Below, piece after piece: positions 8,926 through 23,557 of a stretch of DNA of 64,000 nt. Position 1 is the first letter of the stretch. Each line of letters starts with the position of its first letter. The stretch lies in NCBI RefSeq assembly GCF_029227855.1, contig NZ_CP074357.1. One strand, written 5' to 3'. This DNA is from Escherichia coli. GTDB taxonomy: Bacteria; Pseudomonadota; Gammaproteobacteria; Enterobacterales; Enterobacteriaceae. Position numbers and translations under genes: made by a program. The notes beneath the pieces are model-generated. The model saw only the letters and a program-made list of their open reading frames with translations, searched no databases and was not told the DNA's origin.

Positions 8926-10320
8926 ATGATGCAACTGACGCTCCAGATAGTCATCACCGATGAATCAGGCTCCAGTCGAACGGAGGAACTGATGACAATC
9001 CAGAAATCAGGGGAGACCCGGAACGACATCGGATTATCGGTGTCAGAATCCAAGCTGTTGCTGAATACGGTCCAGCAGTCGGTGGTCCAGCTGCAGGCAG
9101 ACGAATATACTCAACACCATATCCGGTGCCCTCACTGCCTTGCTGCGCGCAGAATCAAAGGCAAACAGAAAATACGGTACCGGACGCTGTTTGGCGTTAT
9201 TCCGGTATCCGGGCTTCGGGTGTACCGGTGCCGTTGTGAAGAGAGTGATACAAAGACAGTCAGTTTGCTCAGCGACTGGGCCGGCGATTATTCTCACCCG
9301 GCACTGAAATATATTGAAACCCGCTGGGCCTCGATGATCTCCTATGAAATGACGACTCGTCTGCTGAAAGATATTCTGCCGGTGGGCCACAGCCTGAATG
9401 CCTCAACGGTGAGGAATCATTTATGCCAGGTGGCGCAGCGTCTTGACGCTGAGGCTGAAGCTCATTCAGGTTTTCTTTCCGGCTGCCCCCGCGACTGGGG
9501 GAACCTGCCCAGGCCAGGAAAACCGCTTGTGGTGGGTATAGATGGTGGTTATGTTCGCGATCGGGATGACAAAAAGCGTAATTTTGAAATTATTGCCGGG
9601 AAGTCTTTTTCCGTTGGTGCGCCTGCTGACACCCGCCGCTTCGGTTTTGTTCAGAAGGATGACTGTCATCCGGAACGCAGGCTCATGACCCACCTTTCAG
9701 CGCAGGGAATGCAGGCCAACCAGCAGATATTTTTTCTGTCCGACGGCGCGGATAATCTCAGGGACCTCCAGTTCGGTATGTACCCTGAGTCAACGCATGT
9801 GCTGGACTGGTTTCATATCACCATGAGGCTGAAGGTGCTCATGCAATATGCCCGGGGACTGCTGGTATCAGATCCAGAGGCGGGGAGTAAAGTTCTGGCA
9901 CTGCTGGAAAGCATTAAACGATATCTCTGGCATGGCAATGTTGTCGCTGCGCTGGAACATATTGATAATTGCGTTATGTATTGCGATGACCCTGAACTCA
10001 GCTATCCTAGCCTGAAATCCCTGCAAAAACATCTGGATGAAATGTATACCTACATCCGGAATAATAAGATGATGATCCCAAACTACGGCGAAATGCGTCG
10101 GTACGGAGAGCCGGTATCAACCGCGTTTGTGGAATCCACGATCAATGAAGTGATCGCCAGACGAATGGCCAAAAAGCAGCAGATGCAGTGGAGCAGAAAA
10201 GGGGCTCATTATTTGTTACAGACCCGGACCGCCGTTTTGAATAACGAACTGCAGGATAAATTTGTCTGCTGGTATCCGGGTTTTCAAAGTGACGGGAAGG
10301 GACCAGCGATGGCAGCATAG
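8926..10320 (+). CDS. ISKra4-family transposase, ISKpn19-like (qnrS1-associated)
   Basis: 464-aa ORF; position next to qnrS1 matches the known ISKpn19-qnrS1 context (name from memory, not searched). Confidence 0.75.
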   Translation: MMQLTLQIVITDESGSSRTEELMTIQKSGETRNDIGLSVSESKLLLNTVQQSVVQLQADEYTQHHIRCPHCLAARRIKGKQKIRYRTLFGVIPVSGLRVYRCRCEESDTKTVSLLSDWAGDYSHPALKYIETRWASMISYEMTTRLLKDILPVGHSLNASTVRNHLCQVAQRLDAEAEAHSGFLSGCPRDWGNLPRPGKPLVVGIDGGYVRDRDDKKRNFEIIAGKSFSVGAPADTRRFGFVQKDDCHPERRLMTHLSAQGMQANQQIFFLSDGADNLRDLQFGMYPESTHVLDWFHITMRLKVLMQYARGLLVSDPEAGSKVLALLESIKRYLWHGNVVAALEHIDNCVMYCDDPELSYPSLKSLQKHLDEMYTYIRNNKMMIPNYGEMRRYGEPVSTAFVESTINEVIARRMAKKQQMQWSRKGAHYLLQTRTAVLNNELQDKFVCWYPGFQSDGKGPAMAA

Positions 10321-10630
10321 CTCACGCTGCCCCAATATTTTTTATGCTCTCCCCTATCACCTCCACATTTTTGCAACAGTGCCTTATAAATGGCAGCCTT
10401 ATGTTTACTTGCCAAGATGGGCTACCATATGATGTTTTATACTGAGCAATATTAATATTATCTTTAATGGAAAAATTAAGCCCACTAAGTGACCCACTGC
10501 TATATGGCTCTATTGTGAAGACGCCTGAGGGTAAAAATTTATACATGGTTGTCCCTATGTCTATTATTGCAAGGTTGACAATATTATTCGTTTTATAAAT
10601 TTGAGCGTTTAAAATCACACATCAAAGCAA

Positions 10631-11287
10631 TTAGTCAGGATAAACAACAATACCCAGTGCTTCGAGAATCAGTTCTTGCTGCCAGGCTGCAATTTTGATA
10701 CCTGATGTATCGACTTTGCGGGGATCTAAACCGTCGAGTTCGGCGTGGCATAAATTGGCACCCTGTAGGCTAAATTGCCCCCAGACATCTTCGGAAAAAA
10801 CACCTCGACTTAAGTCTGACTCTTTCAGTGATGCACCCGCTAGGTTCGTTCCTATCCAGCGATTTTCAAACAACTCACATTTTTCTAAACAAACCCTCTC
10901 CATATTGGCATAGGAAAGATTACATCCAGAAATAAATGCTGAGCAAAAGTACATACGATTACTCACTTGATGGGCAAAGTTTGTTCGGGAAAAGTTGGCA
11001 CCTTTTAAATCACACGCACGGAACTCTATACCGTAGCAATTGGCATTACTGAAGTTTGCCATCGCAAGTTGGCATTGTTGGAAACTTGCATCACGAAGAT
11101 CTGCGACATCAAAGTGGCAGCCTTCGATATCACCCTGTTCAATGAACTTGCAGTTGACGAATGTCGTATCACGCAAGTTAGCACGTCGAAAGTCGCTGCG
11201 AATGAATGTGCAAGCGGTGAAGGTGAGATCACTTAAGTCTTTATGTGAAAAGTTGTGGTGCCGATATGTATGATTGTAGGTTTCCAT
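10631..11287 (-). CDS. qnrS1: quinolone resistance pentapeptide-repeat protein QnrS1
   Basis: 218-aa product METYNHTYRHHNFSHKDLSDLTFTACTFIRSDFRRANLRDTTFVNCKFIEQGDIEGCHF.. Confidence 0.95.
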   Translation of the reverse strand: METYNHTYRHHNFSHKDLSDLTFTACTFIRSDFRRANLRDTTFVNCKFIEQGDIEGCHFDVADLRDASFQQCQLAMANFSNANCYGIEFRACDLKGANFSRTNFAHQVSNRMYFCSAFISGCNLSYANMERVCLEKCELFENRWIGTNLAGASLKESDLSRGVFSEDVWGQFSLQGANLCHAELDGLDPRKVDTSGIKIAAWQQELILEALGIVVYPD

Positions 11288-11654
11288 GAGTACTCCTTGT
11301 TGAAAGGAGGGCTAGACTACCATTATACATATGCCAAGACATTAAAATAAAAGCCTGTTACATCAACACATTACAACCCCTCAATTTACCTGTTTTAAGT
11401 GGTCAAATTGGCGCGTAGAGCGCCTATCGCTCTTGCATTGGCACGCGGCCCTGTTGAAAAAAGTTATTCGCTTTAGATAGGGTTAGGAGAGCCGTGCTTC
11501 GCCGGTAAAAAATCGGACTATCCGACGCAGGGCGGACTCATCGGCGGAGAAGCAAACTTTGACTATATCTCCCTACACTTGGAAGAGGGCTAGACTGGCC
11601 CCATAGATCACCAGACACTTCGACTCTCTTAAAATAAGAGGTAGTCTTGGAACT

Positions 11655-12050
11655 ATGTTTAATACCAGTCAGAACGATAAGATGGTTGAAGTGTTATCAG
11701 GACCTGAGCGGCGTCGGCGTCGTACACCGCAGGAAAAAATTGCCATTATTCAGCAGACTATGGAGCCCGGTATGACCGTGTCTCATGTCGCGCGCCTGCA
11801 TGGCATCAATGCAAACCAGATATTCAAATGGCGCAAGCAATATTAAGACGGTTCACTGACGGCTGTTGCATCGGGCGAGGAAGTGGTGCCGGCCTCCGAA
11901 CTCGCTGCCGCCAATAAGCAAATTCGCGAACTCCAGCGCCTTCTGGGCAAAAAGACGATGGAAGCCGAGATACTCAAAGAGGCCGTGGAGTTCGGCCGGG
12001 CAAAAAAATGGATTGCGCATGCGCCCTCGTTGCCTGGGAACGACGAATAA
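11655..12050 (+). pseudogene. IS2-like orfA with in-frame TAA at codon 64
   Basis: [70 protein letters not shown].. ; stop at 11844-11846 where IS2 has Gln. Confidence 0.7.
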
Positions 12051-12163
12051 GCGACGTTTGCAGAAGTCTTGGCGTGTCGCGTGCGCAGTTGAGCATTCGG
12101 GTTCACCGGCCATCTGACTGACAGGATCGCAGACGGCAGCCCCGTTCTGACGATACCACCGTA

Positions 12164-12697
12164 TTGTCCCGGATAAACATGGCGGTGGCTGACCTGCCGA
12201 CGTATGGTTATCGCCGTGTGTGGGCGCTGCTGCGACGGGAGTCGGAGCGGGACGGCCTGCCTGTGGTTAATGCAAAGCGGGTGTATCGCATTATGAGAAC
12301 GCATAATCTGCTTCTTGAACGTAAACCCGCTGATCCTTGCCGTAAGCGGGCCCATAAGGGGCGCGTAGCAGTAGCGGAAAGTAACCGGCGCTGGTGCTCA
12401 GATGGCTTTGAGTTCCGCTGTGATAATGGCGAAAAGCTGCGGGTGACCTTCGCGCAGGACTGCTGCGACAGGGAGATCATTGACTGGGCAGCGAGCACCG
12501 GAGGCTATGACAAAGAAACGGTGCAGGATGTCATGCTGGGTGCGGTGGAAAAACGCTTCGGAAGGCAGTTGCCAACAGTGCCGGCGTTCGCCCGGTTGCT
12601 GGGACTGGAGCCTTGTACGACAGCAGTGCGAAGCCCGGAAAGCAATGGCATAGCAGAAAGCTTCGTGATGACGATAAAACGGGACTACATCAGCATC
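12164..12697 (+). pseudogene. IS2-like orfB (DDE integrase core) truncated at ..DYISI by Tn2; in-frame TGA upstream at 12116-12118
   Basis: ..[67 protein letters not shown] matches IS2 InsD from memory. Confidence 0.75.
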
Positions 12698-12739
12698 AGG
12701 ATTTTAGGGGTCTGACGCTCAGTGGAACGAAAACTCACG

Positions 12740-15536
12740 TTAAGCAACGTTTTCTGCCTCTGACGCCTCTTTTAATGGTCTCAGATGTCCTTTGGTCACC
12801 AGTTCTGCCAGCGTGAAGGAATAATGGCCGAGCATATTGATATGTCCGTGGCAAAGCGGGGAGAGGCGTGCGATATCTTCATCATTCAGTGTTTCACCCT
12901 GCGCCCGGAGATGATCCAGGGCTGCCTGCATATAAATAGTGTTCCATAACACGACGGCGTTAGTGACCAGCCCCAGTGTGCCCAGTTGATCTTCCTGACC
13001 GTCGGTATATCGTTTTCTTATCTCACCTTTTTGACCGTGACAGATGGCTCTGGCAACGGCATGGCGACTTTCTCCCCGATTAAGCTGGGTCAGAATGCGC
13101 CGGCGGTAATCTTCATCATCAATATAATTAAGCAGATACAGCGTTTTGTTGATGCGCCCCACTTCAATGATTGCCTGAGTCAGTCCGGAAGGACGTTCAC
13201 TTTTCAGCAATGAACGGACCAGCACTGAAACCTGTACTTTGCCCAGCTTCAGGGAGCCAGCGGTCCGGATCATTTCGTCCCACTGAAGGACTATTTTTCG
13301 GGGATCTGATTGCCCTCTGGCAATATCATTCAGCACGCCATAGTCGGCATCATGGTCCATTCGCCAGAAAACCGAAGCACCGGCATCAGCCAGGCGTGGA
13401 GAAAACTGGTATCCCAGCAGCCAGAAAAGGCCAAAGACAAGTTCGCTGGCACCTGCTGTATCGGTCATAATTTCGGTTGGATTCAGCCCGGTCTCCTGTT
13501 CCAGAAGACCTTCCAGCACAAAGATAGAGTCCCTCAGCGTCCCCGGTATAACGATGCCATGAAAGCCGGAATACTGATCGGACACAAAGTTGTACCAGGT
13601 GATCCCTCTGTTATTACCAAAGTATTTGCGGTTCGGTCCGGCATTGATTGTTCTGACTGGCGTAACAAAGCGCATTCCATCTGCAGATGCCACTTCTCCT
13701 CCACCCCATATCTGTGCCAGTGGCAGCGTTGCCTGAAAATCAACCAGTCTGGCATTAGCGCTGGTGATAGTTTCAGCCCGCAGATAGTTCGCTTTTGTCC
13801 AGTTCAGCCGGTGTCGGGTCAGTGCAGGAACATTTGATCTGATCAGTGGTTCCAGACCGATATTGCAGGCTTCAGCCATCAGCACGGCGCTGATGCTGAC
13901 GGGCAGATCATCAACTCTGGCACTGGCTTCACTAGCATGGAAAAACTCATCAGCAAATCCGGTATGGGCGTTAATTTCGAGCAGCAACTCCGTTAAATCC
14001 ACCGGAGGGAGTAGATCACTGATCATTTTGCTCAGTCGTTTCAGACTGTCCGGCTCATCAAGACTGGCGAGGGGAGAAATTGTCAACCGGGGCTTCGGGC
14101 CAGAAACATCGAGTTCGACAGCCTCATTTTCGCAAAGACGTGCAGCAACCTGTCTGTAACGACTATCAAGCTGATGACCCAGAGATTTTATTGCTTCCTG
14201 CGGGTCTGTCGGGTGCCCCAAAGAACGATAAACCTTAATCCGGTTTGCCTGCCAGTCAGCACCCTGTAGTAATCTTGCACGAGGATCTCCCCACCGGTTA
14301 CTGCCGGTAACGTAGACATCCCTCCGCCTCAGACTATCCTGCAGTTTACTGAGAAAGCAGAGCGTGTATCCCCTGCGGGTGATATGTTTTTCCTTGTTAA
14401 TCACCAGCCGTTTCCATGACCGACTGATAATTTCCGTTGGTGCGTCGTCAAAAAACTGCCGCCGTGAGCTGAACTCCCGGCTGAGGTAGTCACAGGCATT
14501 CAGAGTGGTAACCCCGGCAGGTGCGGATGAAAATTTAACGGTATTCAGCAGATGGGGCAGGAAACGACGAACGCGCCCGTACTGCTCCACCATTTCTTCA
14601 TGAAAATTATCGTCTGAGGGCCGGGCAATTTCACGGACAAGCGTGATGATTTCAGCCAGCTTTTGCCTTGGGATGTAGCTGAACACCTCAGCACGAATCG
14701 ATTCGTCCGGTGTTTCTTCTTTCAGCAGGTACGAACATGCGCTGGCGAGCGCCAATGCAGATTTATCCAGATCCTTCAGCGAGCGGAGCCGTTTTTTCTG
14801 CCCAATCTTTCTGGCGTCACGGATGATAACGGCCAGCATGGCGTCCAGAACGTCCAATGCATCATCCAGCGCCAGCGTTTCCCATGCAAGGACAAAGGCA
14901 ACCAGAACCGCCATCCTTTTCTGCGGTGACATCCTGGCAATATTGAACACCGAAGTCATACCAGCATAACGTGCGAGATTTTTCAGGCGCACAGCCGGGA
15001 GTGTACTCAGGTTTTCAGCATGCAGGCCAAAATCGTTCAGAGTTTTCCAGCGTTCAATTGCTTCATTAAACGCCGGACCACTGATGGTCACAGGGCCCTT
15101 TTTCAGTGATTCCAGTAAAGACAGGCGGCTGCAATCAGTTGGCCCCAGCAGCATCTCCAGCTGTGAACGCTGTTCGGCTGACGGTATCAGTGCCAGTTTG
15201 TTCCACAGGCGCAACGTCGCCTTTTCCCTTACCTCTGAAATCAACCGGGTCAGCGTAGTGGCTCCGGGGAGAATAATACGATGTTGCATAAGCCACCCTG
15301 TCGCCAGATCGAAAAGCAGGCCAGGACGTTCGTTGCTTATCCAGCTCCGGGTATATAAAAGACGGGTAAGGCGAAATGTCCAGGGCCAGGCAAATTCACG
15401 ATACTGATAGTGCTGACGTATCAGCGCTGCATGCTCACGGCGGGTATTTTCCCTCTGACCGTATTCTGCAAGAACGGTGATATCACGAATCCCGAGCTGT
15501 CTGGCGGTAAAATGCCGGACGCCGGAAGGAATATGA
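12740..15536 (-). pseudogene. tnpA: Tn2 tnpA, 3' portion (interrupted by ISEcp1 unit)
   Basis: Minus-strand frame encodes Tn3 TnpA from ..IPSGVRHFTAR.. to the C-terminus ..KEASEAENVA. Confidence 0.9.
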
Positions 15537-15548
15537 CCTGGGACCTAC

Positions 15549-15881
15549 GTGCGCCCGCACCGACACCCTCACACCTTCGAGCTACTGTTGCCATTAAGGG
15601 GTCGTTTCGTGGTGCTGAATTTTGACGATCGGGGTACCGTCACCCATCGGGCGATATTGGGGGAAACCTGTACGGTGCTGGAGATGGCCGCAGGAACCTG
15701 GCATGCCGTGCTGTCGCTGGATACCGGTGGCATAATTTTTGAAGTAAAACACGGTGGCTATCAACCCGTGGCTGCCGATGACTATGCGCACTGGGCTCCA
15801 GCGGAAGGAGAACCAGGAACCACGGAGCTTATGGCCTGGTATGCGCAAGCGCAGGTGGGCGACAGCACTTTTGCCGTCTAA
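15549..15881 (+). CDS. wbuC: cupin-fold WbuC (orf477), truncated form usually found downstream of blaCTX-M-15-like genes
   Basis: 110-aa ORF (GTG start) immediately downstream of and opposite to blaCTX-M. Confidence 0.7.
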   Translation: MRPHRHPHTFELLLPLRGRFVVLNFDDRGTVTHRAILGETCTVLEMAAGTWHAVLSLDTGGIIFEVKHGGYQPVAADDYAHWAPAEGEPGTTELMAWYAQAQVGDSTFAV

Positions 15882-15927
15882 GGCGATAAACAAAAACGGA
15901 ATGAGTTTCCCCATTCCGTTTCCGCTA

Positions 15928-18507
<2,580 letters not shown>

Positions 18508-18721
18508 TATGATTCATATCGGTGAGGAAGGTGCCCAGAAAACGGACACATCCAATTTGCAGGGCAATGCCCAGACGGTTGTGATCACCTCTGCTTTTTC
18601 CGATAAATTCCTTGTCTGCTTCATCAAGGTGAAAATATCGTGCCAGCTGAAGCTCATCCGGTTCACCGGTGAATCTGCCATAGCTTTCAGTCTGCTCAGT
18701 GGTCAGAAAGTCAACGGGCAT
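18508..18721 (-). pseudogene. tnpA: Tn2 tnpA, 5' portion (first ~71 codons)
   Basis: [71 protein letters not shown] then ISEcp1 IRL. Confidence 0.9.
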
Positions 18722-18782
18722 ATCGGCCTCCCTGCCTGACGGGCATTTAGTAACATTTTTCCAACCGTACGAAATGTTATAA

Positions 18783-19442
<660 letters not shown>

Positions 19443-19612
19443 TACGCCTATTTTTATAGGTTAATGTCATGATAATAATGGTTTCTTAGACGTCAGGTGG
19501 CACTTTTCGGGGAAATGTGCGCGGAACCCCTATTTGTTTATTTTTCTAAATACATTCAAATATGTATCCGCTCATGAGACAATAACCCTGGTAAATGCTT
19601 CAATAATATTGA

Positions 19613-20485
<873 letters not shown>

Positions 20486-20810
20486 CTGTCAGACCAAGTT
20501 TACTCATATATACTTTAGATTGATTTAAAACTTCATTTTTAATTTAAAAGGATCTAGGTGAAGATCCTTTTTGATAATCTCATGACCAAAATCCCTTAAC
20601 GTGAGTTTTCGTTCCACTGAGCGTCAGACCCCTGTTAAAAGCAGCTCACGGGGAACGCGTCAGTCCGGCTTCATAACGGGTCGGCTGGCAGCATCTGACT
20701 CAGCAAAAGACCGGGCGCTGTGAGCGGAAATATGGCCGGTTTTCGCCAGAACCCGGTTCCACGCAGAATTACACCTGCACTGAATATACCGCTTCTGGCG
20801 TCGATTTTTT

Positions 20811-20863
20811 CTGCTCCCCTGCAGCATGAGGCTCTGTAAGGCAGCCTGCTGCAAGGGGAGCAG
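20811..20863 (+). promoter_or_regulatory. long imperfect hairpin (16-17-bp stem) just upstream of the PBP gene
   Basis: CTGCTCCCCTGCAGCA ..20-nt loop.. TGCTGCAAGGGGAGCAG read directly; no following T-tract. Confidence 0.4.
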
Positions 20864-20875
20864 ACTCCAGCGAAA

Positions 20876-22624
20876 ATGATAAAAAACTCCGCGATGAAAA
20901 ATAAACAAAGTATTCGCCCGTCATCACCTGAGAAGGGATTCAGCAACGTCAGATATAATATTCTTCTTGCCGGTATCGCATTAATCTTTATCGTGCTGGT
21001 TGCCAGGCTCACCGGACTTCAGCTTTTTGACCACGCTGTCCTGGAAAATGCGGCTGACCGTCGATCCGTACGGACACTTGCACTGCCAGCACAGCGCGGA
21101 ACCCTGACCGATCGTTACGGCGTTGTTCTCGCCATGAGCGTGCCGGCACGTGACATCATTGCTGATCCAAAACGCATCGCTGCCGCTCATCCGGACTTCG
21201 CGGAAGCCAGATGGGCTTTTCTGGCCGACTTGCTGGATATCACGCCTGAGGAACTTCGCAGAACTATTCAAGATAATTCGGACAAGGAATTCCTGTTTCT
21301 GAAGAAAAAGTCGCCCCTGTCATTGTCCAGGGCCGTGTCACAGCTGCATCTGCCGGGCATAAGTCAGAAATACAATGAAAATCGCTACTATCCGCTGGGT
21401 GAGGCATCAGCCTCGCTCATTGGTGTGACCGGTGCCGAAAATAGAGGGCTGAGTGGTATTGAGCAGAGCTTTAACACCGTTCTGAGAAAGGACTTCGGGG
21501 TGAAAAAAATACGCAAAAACGCCAGGGGGGGCGTCATCAGCGTGATCCAGTATGACGCTCCGGAAACTGCACCGGCGATCAGGCTGAGTATTGACAGTGT
21601 GCTTCAGTATATTGTTTACAGCCGGTTAAGGGAGGGGGTCGAGCAACATCACGCCCAGTCAGGCGCTGCGGTGCTTGTCAGCGTAAACACCGGCGAAATT
21701 CTGGCTATGGCATCCTATCCGTCGTTTAATCCCAACCGTTTTTCCGGTGCCACTTCCGCTGAAATGCGTAACGTGGCGATTAATGACAGCTTTGAGCCGG
21801 GTTCAACGGTTAAACCCTTCGTCATTCTTGAAGGCCTGCGCCGCCATATTATCAGCAGCAGCACGCTTCTTGACACAAGGCCGTTCAGGGTTGACGGCCA
21901 TCTTATCCGGGACGTGGGATACTGGCCGGCGCTGACGCCGACCGGCATACTTCAGAAATCCAGTGATACCGGAGTTTCACATATTGCCCTGGCGATGCCT
22001 TCGGATGCGCTGGTAAAAACGTATTCATCCTTCGGGCTGGGAAAACCGACAGGGCTGGGCCTTCCCGGTGAAAGTACTGGTTACTTTCCGTTCAGTCGCC
22101 ATCGATGGGCTGATATTGAGCGCGCCACCTTCGCTTTTGGCTACGGCCTCCGGGTAACCCCGCTCCAGTTAGCCAGAGCCTATGCCACTCTCGGGGCCTG
22201 TGGCGTTTATCATCCGTTATCCGTTACACGGTTATCCGCGCCGGTGTACGGTGAGCAGGTGGCGGACCCGAAGCTTGCCGATGCTGTAATCAGAATGATG
22301 GAAAGTGATGTGTTACCCGGCGGAAGTGGCGTAAGGGCAGCTGTACCGGGCTACCGTCTGGCAATAAAAACCGGAACCGCAGAGAAGTTAGGTGCCGGTG
22401 GAAAATATGACGGGGGGCATATTACCTATACGGCAGGCGTCGCGCCGGCGAGCCGTCCTGAAGTGGCACTGGTTGTGGTTATTAACAATCCCAAAGCGGG
22501 ACAGCATTTTGGTGGCTCAGTGGCGGCGCCTGTCTTCGGCCAGATTATCGGTCCGGTGCTTACCCGGCTGAAGATTGCACCGGATGCTTTACGTGCTCCG
22601 GTGGTACACCGACAGTCCGGCTGA
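20876..22624 (+). CDS. class B penicillin-binding protein, FtsI/PBP3-like transpeptidase
   Basis: 582 aa, N-terminal TM helix, ..EPGSTVKPF.. (SXXK), ..LQKSSDTG.. (SSN position reads SSD), ..KTGTAE.. (KTG); aligns by eye to E. coli FtsI. Confidence 0.85.
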   Translation: MIKNSAMKNKQSIRPSSPEKGFSNVRYNILLAGIALIFIVLVARLTGLQLFDHAVLENAADRRSVRTLALPAQRGTLTDRYGVVLAMSVPARDIIADPKRIAAAHPDFAEARWAFLADLLDITPEELRRTIQDNSDKEFLFLKKKSPLSLSRAVSQLHLPGISQKYNENRYYPLGEASASLIGVTGAENRGLSGIEQSFNTVLRKDFGVKKIRKNARGGVISVIQYDAPETAPAIRLSIDSVLQYIVYSRLREGVEQHHAQSGAAVLVSVNTGEILAMASYPSFNPNRFSGATSAEMRNVAINDSFEPGSTVKPFVILEGLRRHIISSSTLLDTRPFRVDGHLIRDVGYWPALTPTGILQKSSDTGVSHIALAMPSDALVKTYSSFGLGKPTGLGLPGESTGYFPFSRHRWADIERATFAFGYGLRVTPLQLARAYATLGACGVYHPLSVTRLSAPVYGEQVADPKLADAVIRMMESDVLPGGSGVRAAVPGYRLAIKTGTAEKLGAGGKYDGGHITYTAGVAPASRPEVALVVVINNPKAGQHFGGSVAAPVFGQIIGPVLTRLKIAPDALRAPVVHRQSG

Positions 22625-22688
22625 ACAGAGCCTGTTTACTCATTATTTATCTATTATTACTTAACTTAATTTTAAAAAGGATATTAAT

Positions 22689-23546
22689 ATGAAAAAGATC
22701 CGCCTTATTATAATCTCTTTACTGGCTGGAATGTGTACTCCAGCATTATCTACACCAGTCAATGTTACTGATACAATACAAAGCACAGAAGACCATATCA
22801 AAGGTCGGGTTGGTTTTACTGAAATAGACTTTTTATCCGGGAAGGTTCTGAGTAGTCATCGCCGTGAAGAACGTTTTCCTATGATGAGCACATTCAAAGT
22901 TTTGTTATGTGGAGCAATATTAGTACGTGTTGATAAAGGGCTTGAACAACTTGAACGCCGAATTACCTATAATAAGCATGACCTGGACGACTATTCTCCA
23001 CTAACCAGTCAGCACATTGCAGATGGAATGACGGTTTCTGAGTTATGCAATGCTGCCATTACCACCAGTGATAACACTGCTGCAAATTTATTGCTATCAA
23101 CTATTGGCGGGCCGGAGGGATTAACTCATTTTCTGCGTAGCACTGGTGATAGTTATACAAGGCTTGATCGACACGAACCCAGCCTTAATGAGGCGAAGCC
23201 TGGCGATGAGCGTGATACCACCACTCCGGCAGCGATGGCTCAAACGCTACAAAAATTGTTAAACGAAAGTGTACTTACAGAAAAATCTCGAAAAAAATTA
23301 ATAAGCTGGATGCAGGAAGATAAAGTCGGCGGGCCTCTGTTCCGCTCTGTACTGCCAGCTGGCTGGATGATAGCGGATAAAACAGGAGCAGGTGATCACG
23401 GATCTCGGGGCATCGTTGCACTGTTGGGCCCCGGAGGCAAGCCATCTCGTATAGTAGTCCTGTATATTACAAATACTCATTCATCTATGAATGAACTCAA
23501 CGAGCATATTGCAGGGATCGGAGATTCAGTAATTAAGAACTGGTAA
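22689..23546 (+). CDS. blaLAP-2: class A beta-lactamase LAP (LAP-2 is the allele usually linked to qnrS1)
   Basis: 285 aa TEM-like: ..[17 protein letters not shown].., ..SDNTAANLL.., ..[12 protein letters not shown].., ..[12 protein letters not shown].. Confidence 0.8.
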   Translation: MKKIRLIIISLLAGMCTPALSTPVNVTDTIQSTEDHIKGRVGFTEIDFLSGKVLSSHRREERFPMMSTFKVLLCGAILVRVDKGLEQLERRITYNKHDLDDYSPLTSQHIADGMTVSELCNAAITTSDNTAANLLLSTIGGPEGLTHFLRSTGDSYTRLDRHEPSLNEAKPGDERDTTTPAAMAQTLQKLLNESVLTEKSRKKLISWMQEDKVGGPLFRSVLPAGWMIADKTGAGDHGSRGIVALLGPGGKPSRIVVLYITNTHSSMNELNEHIAGIGDSVIKNW

Positions 23547-23557
23547 TATATTTACAG

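Larger units (their letters stand above)
11591..12698 (+). mobile_element. IS2-like (IS3 family) element, left end to mid-orfB, 3' end cut by the Tn2 insertion
   Basis: Left terminus TAGACTGGCCCC.. at 11591; orfA and orfB resemble IS2 InsC/InsD; same element present inverted at 23558-24674. Confidence 0.8.

Noticed and set aside
10322-10618. 98-aa minus-strand ORF between ISKpn19-like tnp and qnrS1
   Set aside because: AT-rich intergenic DNA, no ribosome-binding site or motif noticed, and it overlaps the qnrS1 3' flank; treated as spurious or at most a remnant.
11866-12117. 83-aa [14 protein letters not shown].. inside the IS2-like element (and its mirror at 24313-24564)
   Set aside because: Wrong frame relative to orfA and orfB as judged by similarity to IS2 InsC/InsD; product is low complexity.
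20660-21012. Minus-strand ORFs overlapping the start of the PBP gene
   Set aside because: Overlap a strongly supported PBP coding frame and the upstream hairpin; no independent support.
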